Made by a program: the position numbers and the translations under genes. DNA of 64,000 bases from a virus (Duplodnaviria > Heunggongvirae > Uroviricota > Caudoviricetes): IMG/VR virus record IMGVR_UViG_3300031111_000007, positions 1-64,000 of that record; one strand, 5' to 3'. The notes under the pieces are model-generated. The model was not told the origin of the DNA. It did no database searches and saw only the letters and a list, made by a program, of their open reading frames with translations. Positions 33,081 to 43,625 of this stretch are shown here, piece by piece. Every line of letters starts with the position of its first letter. Within the stretch, counting starts at the first letter, position 1.

Positions 33081-33379
33081 AAGTGTATATGCTCCCTGTT
33101 TGTTTTTTTATCTCCATCTTCTCCGATATCTACTACCTCATCCCAATTTACATCTTCTATATCATCATTAGTAGCATCAGGATTATGAATAAAGATATAA
33201 GCCTTATCATGTCTAATCTTCTCATAATCCTCATCAGAAACATAAATACCGAAACCACCCAATAGATTTCCTGATGCTCCAATATATACAGGAAGTAATT
33301 CGTTTTCTTTACTGACGATATGTGTAGGATGCCATCTTGAAGTATGATCCAATTCATCATTCATTAAAAGTTTCGCCAT
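33068..33379 (-). CDS. hypothetical protein
   Basis: 103 aa acidic ORF. Confidence 0.35.
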   Translation of the reverse strand: MAKLLMNDELDHTSRWHPTHIVSKENELLPVYIGASGNLLGGFGIYVSDEDYEKIRHDKAYIFIHNPDATNDDIEDVNWDEVVDIGEDGDKKTNREHIHLWQE

Positions 33380-34105
33380 TTAACATCTCCCACATCCACC
33401 GAAATCATACCCCTTTAGCCATTCATATTGGTTTATGATATTATGGACTGTTCCTTTTTGTTTTTGTGTCCAAGGTATTGTTCTTCTCGTTAGCCTTGGT
33501 TTTTTCCATACTGTATTTCTCACATTATCTCTCCATATAGGATCAAATGAGATTTCCAAGAAATTCGCCATTTCCTCTAATGTGTTATGCATTCGGGTAA
33601 TAACATACTCATGTCTTACTGTCAACACATCTTCTGATTTTTTTAACCTTACTATCGTTTCATTCAACTCAATGTACTTCTCAATCACGTTATCCAAATG
33701 CGCTTTAACAGAAATTTTACTATTATTTTTGTGATTTAACTTAGCCCATGTAGCCAAGTTATCAAATGGATTTCTCACAACATGAATCCATTTGATAGGA
33801 ACACTAACCTGAGATTTAATAAAACCAAGTCTCTGTGGATTATCTTTTAATGTTACTACTGTTCTGTGACCAGTTTTATCACCTATAACTGTAATCTCTT
33901 GTTTTGGAACATGAGGAATCTGAGTACTTGATTTCCATGTACCTGTAATCAAACTATATGACCTGATATAATTCATATCAACTTTATCACTATTGAATAT
34001 ATTAAGCTGATTTGATACCATACAATTAGGATTGGCATTGAGTATTGCTGCTACTAATGTATGTCCACTACGGGGATATCCCATAAATGATAAGAAGTAT
34101 TTCAT
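33380..34105 (-). CDS. PAPS-dependent sulfotransferase family protein
   Basis: 241 aa; 5'-PSB-like P-loop YPRSGHTLVAAIL and 3'-PB-like HVVRNPFDNLAT. Confidence 0.6.
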   Translation of the reverse strand: MKYFLSFMGYPRSGHTLVAAILNANPNCMVSNQLNIFNSDKVDMNYIRSYSLITGTWKSSTQIPHVPKQEITVIGDKTGHRTVVTLKDNPQRLGFIKSQVSVPIKWIHVVRNPFDNLATWAKLNHKNNSKISVKAHLDNVIEKYIELNETIVRLKKSEDVLTVRHEYVITRMHNTLEEMANFLEISFDPIWRDNVRNTVWKKPRLTRRTIPWTQKQKGTVHNIINQYEWLKGYDFGGCGRC

Positions 34106-34530
34106 AGTTCTCCTAATTTAGTTCTTTTTCTTGTCTGTTCTATATTCAACACCGTATAATGATTAAGTGTGCTAAATGGTAGAAAAAGTTTAATACCTTT
34201 GTTAATGTAAATCAAGTAACAATCCTTACCATTCTTAACTCCTTCTACAAGTTCTTCTGCTACACCAGCACCAATTATACCATCCATAAATGTAGCTCCA
34301 ACAATGATATCATGTGCTCTTGCTATCTCTCTGAAGATTTCAAATGCATTTTCATCTCCTGCTTCCTTTCTTGCCATATAAACATCACCTAACCATTTTT
34401 GATTAGGATTGAAAATATCAATTTCTTCTCCTAACATAGAAACAATTGAAATAATACATTCTATCTCAATATCTTCATCATAATGTACTTTAGGATGTGC
34501 AAAATATACTGTTTTTATTTTATCATCCAT
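34102..34530 (-). CDS. nucleoside 2-deoxyribosyltransferase-like (SLOG/Rossmann) protein
   Basis: 142 aa; KTVYFAHP ... IVGATFMDGIIGAGVAEELVEGVKNGKDCYLI resembles Nuc_deoxyrib_tr signature. Confidence 0.3.
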   Translation of the reverse strand: MDDKIKTVYFAHPKVHYDEDIEIECIISIVSMLGEEIDIFNPNQKWLGDVYMARKEAGDENAFEIFREIARAHDIIVGATFMDGIIGAGVAEELVEGVKNGKDCYLIYINKGIKLFLPFSTLNHYTVLNIEQTRKRTKLGEL

Positions 34531-35219
34531 TCAAATTGACTCCCTTTAAATCTCTTTTTTATTACTTCATAGTTTGGAAGATATACAGAAATATCTTCTT
34601 TGTTTTTCTTCTTAGTAATAGAATACATCTGCTGTTGTTCTACTTCAAAGAAATTACATATTGCTATATTTGCATTGGGTGATAAATATGTTTTATCACC
34701 AATTGTCTCACCTATAATATCCTCATAATATAATACAAGTTTAATCTGTCTTTTGAACTTTCTACCCCAATTCTTATTCTCTTGATTTACCTGAGTAACC
34801 ATGTTGAAAAACTGATCCGGTGATATGGATATTGGATTATGTGCTGTTCTTGCTGCTGTTAAACCTGATATAACTTGTTTAACTAAATTCTTTCGCATCA
34901 AATGAATCATAGGTTTCTTTCCATCTGCTACATAACCATATAACCCATTATGATATTCTATCTGATTATACATCAACTTGAATGCTGTATTCTTATCAGG
35001 ATATTGTTTATAGATATAATTATTGAGATAGTTCTTTGGTTGTTTAAACTTATTCTCTGGTCTTACAAAAGGAATAAAACCAGACTTACGATATTTCGCC
35101 TTTCTACATACATTCACAAACACTTCATCAATCCCAACAATATCAGTATGAGTATTTAAGGCATTTTGTAAGAATGTACTTCCTACTCTCTTATTCTGAA
35201 ATTGTATTGCTCTAATCAT
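34515..35219 (-). CDS. sulfotransferase-like protein (Stf0-like P-loop)
   Basis: 234 aa; N-terminal QFQNKRVGSTFLQNAL (RxGST PAPS-binding loop). Confidence 0.4.
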   Translation of the reverse strand: MIRAIQFQNKRVGSTFLQNALNTHTDIVGIDEVFVNVCRKAKYRKSGFIPFVRPENKFKQPKNYLNNYIYKQYPDKNTAFKLMYNQIEYHNGLYGYVADGKKPMIHLMRKNLVKQVISGLTAARTAHNPISISPDQFFNMVTQVNQENKNWGRKFKRQIKLVLYYEDIIGETIGDKTYLSPNANIAICNFFEVEQQQMYSITKKKNKEDISVYLPNYEVIKKRFKGSQFEWMIK

Positions 35220-35734
35220 ACTATCCCTCTTATCCCTTTAAATCCAACTAAATCTTTTTGTGGAACCATCCAACATGGTTTGCCTCTATTTGGATTATCT
35301 TTGTATTCATCAACCATAGCATCTTTCCCTTTTATCCATCCTATCATTTTAAAGTTAGGCATTTTACCAATTACTAAAATATAAGTATGATTTGGATTAT
35401 CATTAGGTCTTACAATCAATCTTCCATTTTCTCTTTCAGTATGTCTCACTTGTAATATTTTTCCAATATCAGCATTTTTAAAAGTATTGATACCAAATGG
35501 ACAATAAAGTTTTCTGTTTTTACATACTGCTAATTCAGCACCAGCACCTTCGATTTCATAATCCCATGATTTCCCTTTATAGTTAGAATCATTACCAACT
35601 ACATCTCTATGGTATCCACCAAAAATTGATTCTAGTCTTCTTTCTAACCCTGTTATAGCAGCAAGTCTACATTCATGTGTATTCAATTTTACTTTTATGT
35701 TTTTTATTCTTTCATCCATTTTTCTTCTCCACAA
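35216..35734 (-). CDS. hypothetical protein
   Basis: 172 aa ORF in glycan island. Confidence 0.4.
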   Translation of the reverse strand: MWRRKMDERIKNIKVKLNTHECRLAAITGLERRLESIFGGYHRDVVGNDSNYKGKSWDYEIEGAGAELAVCKNRKLYCPFGINTFKNADIGKILQVRHTERENGRLIVRPNDNPNHTYILVIGKMPNFKMIGWIKGKDAMVDEYKDNPNRGKPCWMVPQKDLVGFKGIRGIV

Positions 35735-36365
35735 ATATTACCCATTCATTTTGAAATCCTGTATCTAAATAATCATTATAGATTACCTTACATCCTGTAT
35801 CCTCAACAAAATTATGAAAAATTTGTGGTGAATTGATATAGCTGTAATGCTTTCTTGGATTACCCGGAACCTGATTCAATACCAACATATATCTATTGGT
35901 AACTCTGTACATCTCATCCAATGCCTTCCTGTAATTCGATACAAGACCAAGTACATGATGTGAGAAGACAAAATCATAGCTACCATCTTCGAATTCAAGA
36001 TCACATGCATCTCCAAATTTTACATTTCTACCTTTCTCCTGTGCATATTTTACATATGGTTTTGAATACTCAATACCCAAAGCATCAATACTGTTGTTTA
36101 TAAGATAATCAACAAACTGACCATCTTTAGTTCCAACATCCAAAACAGTATTTTCTGTGAATGCCCAATTTTTATCAATTTGTTCCATAGCCCATTCCCA
36201 TAGCCATATACAACGATCAATAGACTCCCAATCTCTCAAAGGATCACTATCAAGGAATTCCTTTGTATATACTGTTTCATAATCCAGTTTCTTATTGATC
36301 TGTTCACCATTTACTTCTGTTGGTGCATTATACAAACTCTCATCTGTCTTCCATTTCTGTGTCAT
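35712..36365 (-). CDS. class I SAM-dependent methyltransferase
   Basis: 217 aa; motif I VLDVGTKDGQF, post-I acidic, motif II-like YDFVFSHHVL. Confidence 0.6.
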   Translation of the reverse strand: MTQKWKTDESLYNAPTEVNGEQINKKLDYETVYTKEFLDSDPLRDWESIDRCIWLWEWAMEQIDKNWAFTENTVLDVGTKDGQFVDYLINNSIDALGIEYSKPYVKYAQEKGRNVKFGDACDLEFEDGSYDFVFSHHVLGLVSNYRKALDEMYRVTNRYMLVLNQVPGNPRKHYSYINSPQIFHNFVEDTGCKVIYNDYLDTGFQNEWVIFVEKKNG

Positions 36366-36682
36366 ACCAAACCTCTCAAATTATCCATTGCTTGTTTAAC
36401 ATCTTCTAAGATATTGATCTCATCCAATTCAGACAAGAAACTACCAAACCCCATGTTCTTCAGTGTTCCCATAGTTCTCCCATCCATTTTCATTTGTATA
36501 TGGAAAAGACCATCAACGATAGTCTCTAATAAGGTATGTGCCTCAATAACATTATCAGCTTCTACATCCTTCATTGTTAGTGAGACATTTGGTTGGATAG
36601 AGGAATAATCCCCTGTGTTTATTGTAAATTTTTTACTCACAGTTACATCTATTTTCATTTGACCCTCCACATTTTTGACCAC
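36362..36682 (-). CDS. hypothetical protein
   Basis: 106 aa ORF. Confidence 0.35.
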   Translation of the reverse strand: MVKNVEGQMKIDVTVSKKFTINTGDYSSIQPNVSLTMKDVEADNVIEAHTLLETIVDGLFHIQMKMDGRTMGTLKNMGFGSFLSELDEINILEDVKQAMDNLRGLV

Positions 36683-36718
36683 TATACCACAAACCGCAAA
36701 AAAAGATAACCTACTTTT

Positions 36719-37321
36719 TTAAATTTTTTCTACTATAAGTTGTGTTTTAGGTCTATCATCCCATATCAATTTCCATTTATCTTTTGGGAAAAAACTTAGA
36801 AGTTCTTCAAATGATTCGAAATGATACCAATGTCCAAATTTATCAGGAACCTTTTTTGGTTTCTTTTGACAAGGAACCAATACAATCAATCGTCCTTTTG
36901 GTTTCAATGCTTTATGTATATTCTCAAGTGCTTTTTTTGGATCATGACAGTGTTCTAAACTATGAGAAGATATAATTGATCCATATTTTTCTGTTATTGT
37001 TGATTCATGTATATCTAATACCTCACCATTATATCCTCTTGATTTTAATTTCTTAATTGCTTCAGGAAAAATATCAATTCCATATATATCCTTAAAACCA
37101 GCATCTTTCAAATGATCAAATAAATATCCTTCACATGAACCTACTTCAAGTAATGGTTCATTTTTATCCATATATTTAGATACTCGTTTAGTAATAAGAG
37201 TATGTCTTCTGAGAATACCCGGACCCCCATGATATTTAGGATGGTGTTTTTTGTTTACTCTACTACCAGATACTATAAGTCTTTTACCAAGTTCTAATTG
37301 TGATTTTTTGTATTTATTCAT
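36719..37321 (-). CDS. class I SAM-dependent methyltransferase (Methyltransf_11-like)
   Basis: 200 aa; LEVGSCEGYLF (motif I), GIDIFPEAI, YGSIISSHSLEH. Confidence 0.6.
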   Translation of the reverse strand: MNKYKKSQLELGKRLIVSGSRVNKKHHPKYHGGPGILRRHTLITKRVSKYMDKNEPLLEVGSCEGYLFDHLKDAGFKDIYGIDIFPEAIKKLKSRGYNGEVLDIHESTITEKYGSIISSHSLEHCHDPKKALENIHKALKPKGRLIVLVPCQKKPKKVPDKFGHWYHFESFEELLSFFPKDKWKLIWDDRPKTQLIVEKI

Positions 37322-38070
37322 TAAAAATTATATCCTTCCATAAATTCAAATCTTTTCATTTGATCTTTTACTTTATTAATTCTTTTCTCATTCCACCATG
37401 AAACTGAATTTCTTGTTTTTCTTGGTTTATTCCAAACAACCTTTCTACAATGCTTTAAATATGCTGGTGTGGTTTCAATTTCCAAATGATCACACATACG
37501 TTGAACTTCTTTTTTAGTATTCTTTACTATATCTTCTAATCTTACTGTAATACAATCTCTATTCTCATCAAATACTTTTTGTACTGATTCTGCTTGTTTA
37601 AAATAAATATCAATAGCTCCATCTGGTTTCCAATTATGTTTAGTAAAAGTGGTTATATTATCATATGGATTTCTCTGTACATGAATCCATTTAACAGGTA
37701 ATTTTATAACATCATCAAATACTCTATAGAATTCATCTGGTTGTTTCATTAAAGAATTAGATGTCCCACCACCCTTTTTACCACCTATTACCAATGGAAT
37801 ACCACTTGTCATTCCTTTAAACTTTCCATGATCAAATCCACCCCACGATTGATTTCTGCCTTTTGTTTTTTGATCTATTTTAAAAAGTATCCATTTTAAT
37901 ATTTGATCTTGATCTGTAAATCTTTTTTGAATCGGTGTAAATTCATTTTTAATATATATGTTAGGATGAAAATCCAATAAAGCAGCAGTAAGACTATTAC
38001 CACTTCTCCCCCATCCAATAAAAGCCAAATAATATTTTATTTTATCAATTGGTTTATCTTTTATTCCCAT
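37321..38070 (-). CDS. PAPS-dependent sulfotransferase family protein
   Basis: P-loop FIGWGRSGNSLTAALL and 3'-PB-like HVQRNPYDNITT, paralogous to 33380..34105; start taken at internal Met to limit overlap with SQD1 gene. Confidence 0.6.
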   Translation of the reverse strand: MGIKDKPIDKIKYYLAFIGWGRSGNSLTAALLDFHPNIYIKNEFTPIQKRFTDQDQILKWILFKIDQKTKGRNQSWGGFDHGKFKGMTSGIPLVIGGKKGGGTSNSLMKQPDEFYRVFDDVIKLPVKWIHVQRNPYDNITTFTKHNWKPDGAIDIYFKQAESVQKVFDENRDCITVRLEDIVKNTKKEVQRMCDHLEIETTPAYLKHCRKVVWNKPRKTRNSVSWWNEKRINKVKDQMKRFEFMEGYNF

Positions 38071-39244
38071 TATAATCCACCCTTTTATCTTTATTCCATA
38101 CAGAAGTACATATGATCTTAGGCATGATAACATTTGCTCTATACTTGTGAGCTATATCAATTACTTCTTCCAGTAATCCATCATCCAAGTAAATCGGTGT
38201 AAGACCTAAGTTGAGTAAACCATCGTTGTGAAATTTTAGATCGTTCTTAGGGTCTTCATTTCTTGGATTATCATAATATCTAACTTCTGCTTTGGTCATT
38301 TGGCTAACTTTCTTAGCAAGATCATCAATATTTAAACATTCTGTAGTTTGATTGAAAATTCTCACCCTATCACCCCTCTCAGGTGGATTGTCTACTGCCA
38401 AATTAATACACTCCACGCTATTCTGGATATGAATAAATGCTCTTGTCTGACCACCAGTACCATAAACAGTTAATGGATGTCCTACTTGACTCTGCATGAG
38501 AAACCTATTCAATACCGTACCATAATCACCATCATAGTCAAATCTATTGATAAGGTTAGCATTGAGTTTGGTTTCATCTGTTTGTGTACCCCATACTATA
38601 CCTTGATGTAGATCAGTAATTCTCACCTTGTCATTCTTATTGAAGTATAAGAAACTAATAGCATCAGTACACTTAGTCATATGATAAATCGAACCCGGAT
38701 TAGGTGGATACATGATTTCAATCTCTTTGGCTTGTCCATCTACATCCACTGTAACAGGCAGATAACCTTCTGGTATGGTCATTCCTACGTCTGAATACCC
38801 ATAGTAGCCTGTAGTGCCTAAATGCACCAAATGAATGTCTAAGCCCGATTCTACGATGGCACATAAAATATTATTAGTTGCCATTGTATTATTCTGGATT
38901 GTATATCGCTTATGATACGATGATTTCATTGAATAAGGTGCTGCTCTTTGTTCAGCTAAATGAATAATCGTATGTGGTTCGTACTCTTTAATCAATGTGA
39001 GTAATCTATGATAGTTATCCGATATATCAAAATTCTCGTATAATATCTGTTTACTACTAACATCTTTCCATGTTTCAATTCTTGTACCAATAGGTTGAAT
39101 AGGTGTAAGTGAATCACACTCAAGTTCAACGTCAGTAATTCTTCTCGCTAGATTATCTACTATACATACATCATATCCTGCTCTTGAAAGTCTCAATGCA
39201 GTAGGCCAACCAACAAACCCATCACCACCTAGTATTAATATCAT
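38054..39244 (-). CDS. sqdB: UDP-sulfoquinovose synthase (SQD1/SqdB/Agl3 homolog)
   Basis: 396 aa; blocks ILGGDGFVGWPTALRLS, YDVCIVDNLARR, SLTPIQPIG, LAEQRAAPYSM, HLGTTGYYGY, TDLHQGIVWGTQTDET, LNRFLMQSQVGHPLTVYGTGGQTRAFIHIQ match SQD1 blocks as I recall them. Confidence 0.75.
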   Translation of the reverse strand: MILILGGDGFVGWPTALRLSRAGYDVCIVDNLARRITDVELECDSLTPIQPIGTRIETWKDVSSKQILYENFDISDNYHRLLTLIKEYEPHTIIHLAEQRAAPYSMKSSYHKRYTIQNNTMATNNILCAIVESGLDIHLVHLGTTGYYGYSDVGMTIPEGYLPVTVDVDGQAKEIEIMYPPNPGSIYHMTKCTDAISFLYFNKNDKVRITDLHQGIVWGTQTDETKLNANLINRFDYDGDYGTVLNRFLMQSQVGHPLTVYGTGGQTRAFIHIQNSVECINLAVDNPPERGDRVRIFNQTTECLNIDDLAKKVSQMTKAEVRYYDNPRNEDPKNDLKFHNDGLLNLGLTPIYLDDGLLEEVIDIAHKYRANVIMPKIICTSVWNKDKRVDYNGNKR

Positions 39245-40059
39245 ATTCCCATCCCTGTTCTCTGTTTAAATTCTTGTTTGAATTTTCTTAGGTTATCATT
39301 CTTTGGTCCTTTATTAGCACCCCATAAAATATGCTGATTACCTTGACCTGTGAGACTAAATTGATTCTTAGGAAGATCGCCCCATTTCAAATCATTTTCT
39401 ATTCTTTTATATACATCATATAGTGATATTTGACCGAATCCCTTTGTTCGCTTAGTTGGTGGTACAGAATCAATTTCTTTTACCCATAGATCAAGTAATT
39501 TTCTTGACTTCTCACCCACATTATATCCTTGAACACAACAGCATATTGCATGTTGTCTTCTATTATGAGGAACTTTACCAAATTTTTTTATCTGTTTTTC
39601 AATCCTAAATATAGAAGTAAAATCATTATTCTTTATAATCTCAATCCAAGGATCAATTGGTTTTCTAATATAAGAATCAACATCAAAATTCAACATCAAT
39701 TCTCCATCTTCTAATGAATCATGTACTTCTTTAATTTCCTTAATTCTATCTTCAGCAGAAATCAAAAGTTTCCATATCTTATTATTCATATTGATCTTGA
39801 TTTTCTCAGTTTCATTTTTGAATTTCATTAATTGAGCTTTCGGAATCTTTGCTCTTTTTGCTAAATTATCGTAATCCAAATCCTTATTGATAATTGTTAC
39901 ATCATCATACATACCCTTCAGAACATCTATTCTCTTTTGATCTAAATTTCTTGTTGAGAGGATCATTTTATATCCATCTCCATTGGATTGTTTAAATGAC
40001 TTCACGAATAATTTTGCCCAAGGAAAATACCCTTCTGTAAAATAACTATGTATTAACAT
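39241..40059 (-). CDS. hypothetical protein, possible GT-A-like nucleotide-sugar transferase
   Basis: 272 aa; DVD acidic motif (LNFDVDSY); weak. Confidence 0.3.
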   Translation of the reverse strand: MLIHSYFTEGYFPWAKLFVKSFKQSNGDGYKMILSTRNLDQKRIDVLKGMYDDVTIINKDLDYDNLAKRAKIPKAQLMKFKNETEKIKINMNNKIWKLLISAEDRIKEIKEVHDSLEDGELMLNFDVDSYIRKPIDPWIEIIKNNDFTSIFRIEKQIKKFGKVPHNRRQHAICCCVQGYNVGEKSRKLLDLWVKEIDSVPPTKRTKGFGQISLYDVYKRIENDLKWGDLPKNQFSLTGQGNQHILWGANKGPKNDNLRKFKQEFKQRTGMGI

Positions 40060-40068
40060 TATATCTCC

Positions 40069-40635
40069 TTATACCCATTTCCACCATGTATAATCATCAC
40101 CGATCATATAGTTTTTATCAAAACAATCTTTTACAGCTTTTTTTACTCTCCATCCTTTATGACCATAATCAGGCCAACTTTCATAATCATGTCCACATAA
40201 TAATCCACCCTTCTTCATCTTTGGTAGATAAAGTTTGATGTCTTCTTTGACATATTCATAATCATGGTTTCCATCGATGAAACATAAATCAAGACTTTCA
40301 TCTGGAATATGAACATGAGCTTCACTACTCAGCATTCTTAATATTTCTATTTTATCTTCCCATTCAGCACACTTATTTTTAAATACTTCAAGATATCCAC
40401 TACATCGCTTGTCGGTGTAGATATGTGCTTTTGGTGTTCTATAAGATATCTTACTATAATCAGTCCAAGGATCAATAGCATAATATTTTTCTATTGAAGG
40501 TAATAATGATAAAAGACCAAATGATGTATGACCTCTTTGTACTCCTATTTCAGCAACCACCTTTGGATTTTTATCTTTTAAAAGATTAGCCATCACTTCC
40601 CATCTTGCTTTTTTTCCTTTTCTTCCCATAATCAC
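40069..40635 (-). CDS. class I SAM-dependent O-methyltransferase (CmcI/TylF-like)
   Basis: 188 aa; VAEIGVQRGHTS, LCFIDGNHDYEYVKEDIKLYLPKMKKGGLLCGHDY. Confidence 0.6.
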   Translation of the reverse strand: MIMGRKGKKARWEVMANLLKDKNPKVVAEIGVQRGHTSFGLLSLLPSIEKYYAIDPWTDYSKISYRTPKAHIYTDKRCSGYLEVFKNKCAEWEDKIEILRMLSSEAHVHIPDESLDLCFIDGNHDYEYVKEDIKLYLPKMKKGGLLCGHDYESWPDYGHKGWRVKKAVKDCFDKNYMIGDDYTWWKWV

Positions 40636-41585
40636 TCCTTAATTTTAACCAAATCAAACATTCTTCTCAACTTTGTCTTTGCGTTATCATCAAATTCAAA
40701 TATCTTCTTGGTTACAAATAATACTCTTTTTTCTCTACCTTTTCTAAATTTTGTTAATCTTTTTATCATATATTGTTTAGTTCTTGTAGCATCATTTGCG
40801 TTTTTCATCTTTGGATATTTTTTCTCATAATCATCTAATGTTTTTTCTAATAAAAATCCAAGAAAATAACCATGCTCACATCTCTCTATAACATCATCTA
40901 TTATCATTATATTTTCTTTTGGCAGATCAGGTTTCAATGTATTTAATGCAGATAATAATTGAGCATAACAACCTTTTATATCTCTCCGATTTTTTTCTTC
41001 TCCACCAGTTATTTTATTCCAATATTTAATTCTATCTAAATTTTTAAACTCAAATTTCTTATTAGACCATTCTTCTATTTCATTCTCTATTTGTCCTGAA
41101 TATTTTGCTATTTCTTCCTGTGGAAAATTCTTGAAAAAATGAGGAAAAACTCTACCTTCAAATTTACCTTCTTTCTCTAAAAAGAACTTTAGTTTTTTAC
41201 TTGCAATCTGATTGGTCACTAAAATTCTATCTAATATCAATCGAATATGATTAAATGCATTATATTGTTCTTCAGTATAATCATCTATCAACTCAAAAAA
41301 ATAAATCGTAAATCCAATGCTTTTCAATACAACACATATATGTTTATGTTCTTTTCCCCAATTAGATACCTTGACATTTTCTTTTTCATTTTCTTCATCT
41401 AAAGCAACAATCCATTTACCAAAATCTTTCCATATATGAGAATGTAAAGAGTATTCATTACTTCCCGGTATATATCCATCAATATCAGGAACCTTTACAT
41501 TTTCACTTGTTCTTCTTGTCTTATAAAACTTATAATTTAACTTACACTCCATTAAAAAATTCCTCCCAATAAGGAGCAACAGCAT
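40632..41585 (-). CDS. hypothetical protein
   Basis: 317 aa ORF in glycan island. Confidence 0.4.
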   Translation of the reverse strand: MLLLLIGRNFLMECKLNYKFYKTRRTSENVKVPDIDGYIPGSNEYSLHSHIWKDFGKWIVALDEENEKENVKVSNWGKEHKHICVVLKSIGFTIYFFELIDDYTEEQYNAFNHIRLILDRILVTNQIASKKLKFFLEKEGKFEGRVFPHFFKNFPQEEIAKYSGQIENEIEEWSNKKFEFKNLDRIKYWNKITGGEEKNRRDIKGCYAQLLSALNTLKPDLPKENIMIIDDVIERCEHGYFLGFLLEKTLDDYEKKYPKMKNANDATRTKQYMIKRLTKFRKGREKRVLFVTKKIFEFDDNAKTKLRRMFDLVKIKE

Positions 41586-42681
41586 CCCATGTCCGATACT
41601 CTCTTATATATTCTCGCAAATTCTCACCCATTTTCTTTCTCTTGATTGGACTTTTTTTCATCCATTCAATTGCTTCATAAAATTGTCCATAATTATTTAT
41701 AACTTTTCCATGTATATTATTCTCTATAATATCACCACATAATCCAGCATTTGTACATATTACTGGTATTCCCATAGCACCAGCTTCTAATACAGGTAAA
41801 GGACCACCAGCGAATTTATCAGGAACCAAATAACAACTAATCCCTTTATAAAAATTCGGCATTTCATCCTTGTTATATAATGATATTTCTATTTTCTTAT
41901 ACTGATTAACAAATGGTTTAAATCTTTTTATTTGATTTCTAGCTCCACCAAAATCTTTAGAGCCAGCGGCAATACTCAATTTAAAATCACCCTTATTCCA
42001 AGCATTCATAATCCAATGCCCCCTTCTGTGATCTTTTTGAGCACCTTCCAAATACTGTAACCATCCTGCATATCCAGCAACAAAATCATCTCTAACTTCC
42101 TTCTGGTAGAATTTATCAATATCAATACCTTGTGGAGTAAAACATAAATTAGTCAAACCAAATCCAATTTTAGTAAAAGATATACTCACTCTATTACCAC
42201 CAATTGAACTAATTGAACATTTATCTTCTTTTCTAATACCAAACTTCTTTTTTACGGCAGCTATATTTGGTTTTCCATTATTTTTTATTTTTATAGTTGT
42301 TTTTTTAGTCTTAGAAAATGGATATATAGTAACACGATGTTTTGTCTGCTCACTAATATAAGACATTCTCATATTCTCAAATTCATGATTCTGTAATATA
42401 TTAGCTTGAGATTCAGTTGCTGGTCCACCATGAAATGTTGTGCATATCTTTGAGTAATCTGGTAAATTCTTAGGTAGATATCCTGACATCATAAGATATA
42501 TGATATCATACTTCTCATAATCTTCTTTCCAGTTAATAACAGGCTTACCCATCTTAGTAGACATCTTATCGGAATACTTTACCGTAAAATCAAACCTATC
42601 TTTCAATGCACTGATAATACCATCACACATAGAATCGACAGCCCATCCGGGTATATCTGGAACAATTAAAATTTTCTTCAT
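41542..42681 (-). CDS. GT4 (GT-B) glycosyltransferase
   Basis: 379 aa; C-terminal YLVPDKFAGGPLPVLEAGAMGIPVICTNAGLCGDIIENNIHGKVIN (E..G...EA.A.G.PVI motif). Confidence 0.7.
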   Translation of the reverse strand: MKKILIVPDIPGWAVDSMCDGIISALKDRFDFTVKYSDKMSTKMGKPVINWKEDYEKYDIIYLMMSGYLPKNLPDYSKICTTFHGGPATESQANILQNHEFENMRMSYISEQTKHRVTIYPFSKTKKTTIKIKNNGKPNIAAVKKKFGIRKEDKCSISSIGGNRVSISFTKIGFGLTNLCFTPQGIDIDKFYQKEVRDDFVAGYAGWLQYLEGAQKDHRRGHWIMNAWNKGDFKLSIAAGSKDFGGARNQIKRFKPFVNQYKKIEISLYNKDEMPNFYKGISCYLVPDKFAGGPLPVLEAGAMGIPVICTNAGLCGDIIENNIHGKVINNYGQFYEAIEWMKKSPIKRKKMGENLREYIREYRTWDAVAPYWEEFFNGV

Positions 42682-43625
42682 AGTTCTTTTATAATATTTA
42701 AAACTGCTTTTATTCTCACCATACTTGAATGATGTTGCTGAATATAATTGAATGCGTTTTCTCTTATCTCTGTTGTATCTTTATCTTTATATCTTTCCCA
42801 TAACTTCTTTACATACTGTGGTTCATCGTAGTTATAGAATGGTACATATAGATCATCAGGAATGAACTCATCCATTCCATTGAATTTACGCATGATCATA
42901 AAAGCACCAGTACCTAAATACTGAAACGGTCTAACATCCATATATCCCGGTATCTCATAACCTACACATAGTCCTAAAATACACTTAGCGGATACACTCA
43001 ACTCAGGTGTTCTACTTCTCAAATCTTGTCCTGATTGAGTCTTGAATATTTTTATAGGCATTACTTTCTGAAGTGCTTCTATAAATCCTGCTCTATTATC
43101 AGCCCATCCAGTTCTATGAGCACCCGGACTACCAGTAAAAACAGGATTTTTAAAAGCCAAATCAGGTGCAAAATCAGCCATCTTATCATAGGTAAGGGAT
43201 GAGTATGGACAAAAGAAAACAGGCACGTTAAATACCTTCTCACAGTTCATAAGCAACGGATATGAACCAACCAAAGCTATGTCAAACGCACCACTGATAT
43301 CTCCCATATAACGGTCTTTAGTTCTCGCATCATTACAAGTATGAATTACTTTCACATCTATATGTTTCTTTATATCCTTAAAGAAATTCAAAACTCTATC
43401 TGTAGGATGAATATGATTATGAAAACTTAAATGAGTAAATATCATATCAGGTTTGAAATCAATCAATTTATTCTTTATCTGTTGTAATGGTGTTGATTTA
43501 TAATCTATATGTCTTACATCAACACCATTTAACATTAATCCCTGAGTAAATGTAAGAACAAACCAACTATAACCTAAATTCGTATTTCCTAATATAACAG
43601 CTTTCATAACGTAAATTTTCTCCAC
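42678..43625 (-). CDS. CgeB-like/GT-B glycosyltransferase-like protein
   Basis: 315 aa; RPFQYLGTGAFMI resembles CgeB family R.FE.la.G. Confidence 0.4.
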   Translation of the reverse strand: MEKIYVMKAVILGNTNLGYSWFVLTFTQGLMLNGVDVRHIDYKSTPLQQIKNKLIDFKPDMIFTHLSFHNHIHPTDRVLNFFKDIKKHIDVKVIHTCNDARTKDRYMGDISGAFDIALVGSYPLLMNCEKVFNVPVFFCPYSSLTYDKMADFAPDLAFKNPVFTGSPGAHRTGWADNRAGFIEALQKVMPIKIFKTQSGQDLRSRTPELSVSAKCILGLCVGYEIPGYMDVRPFQYLGTGAFMIMRKFNGMDEFIPDDLYVPFYNYDEPQYVKKLWERYKDKDTTEIRENAFNYIQQHHSSMVRIKAVLNIIKEL

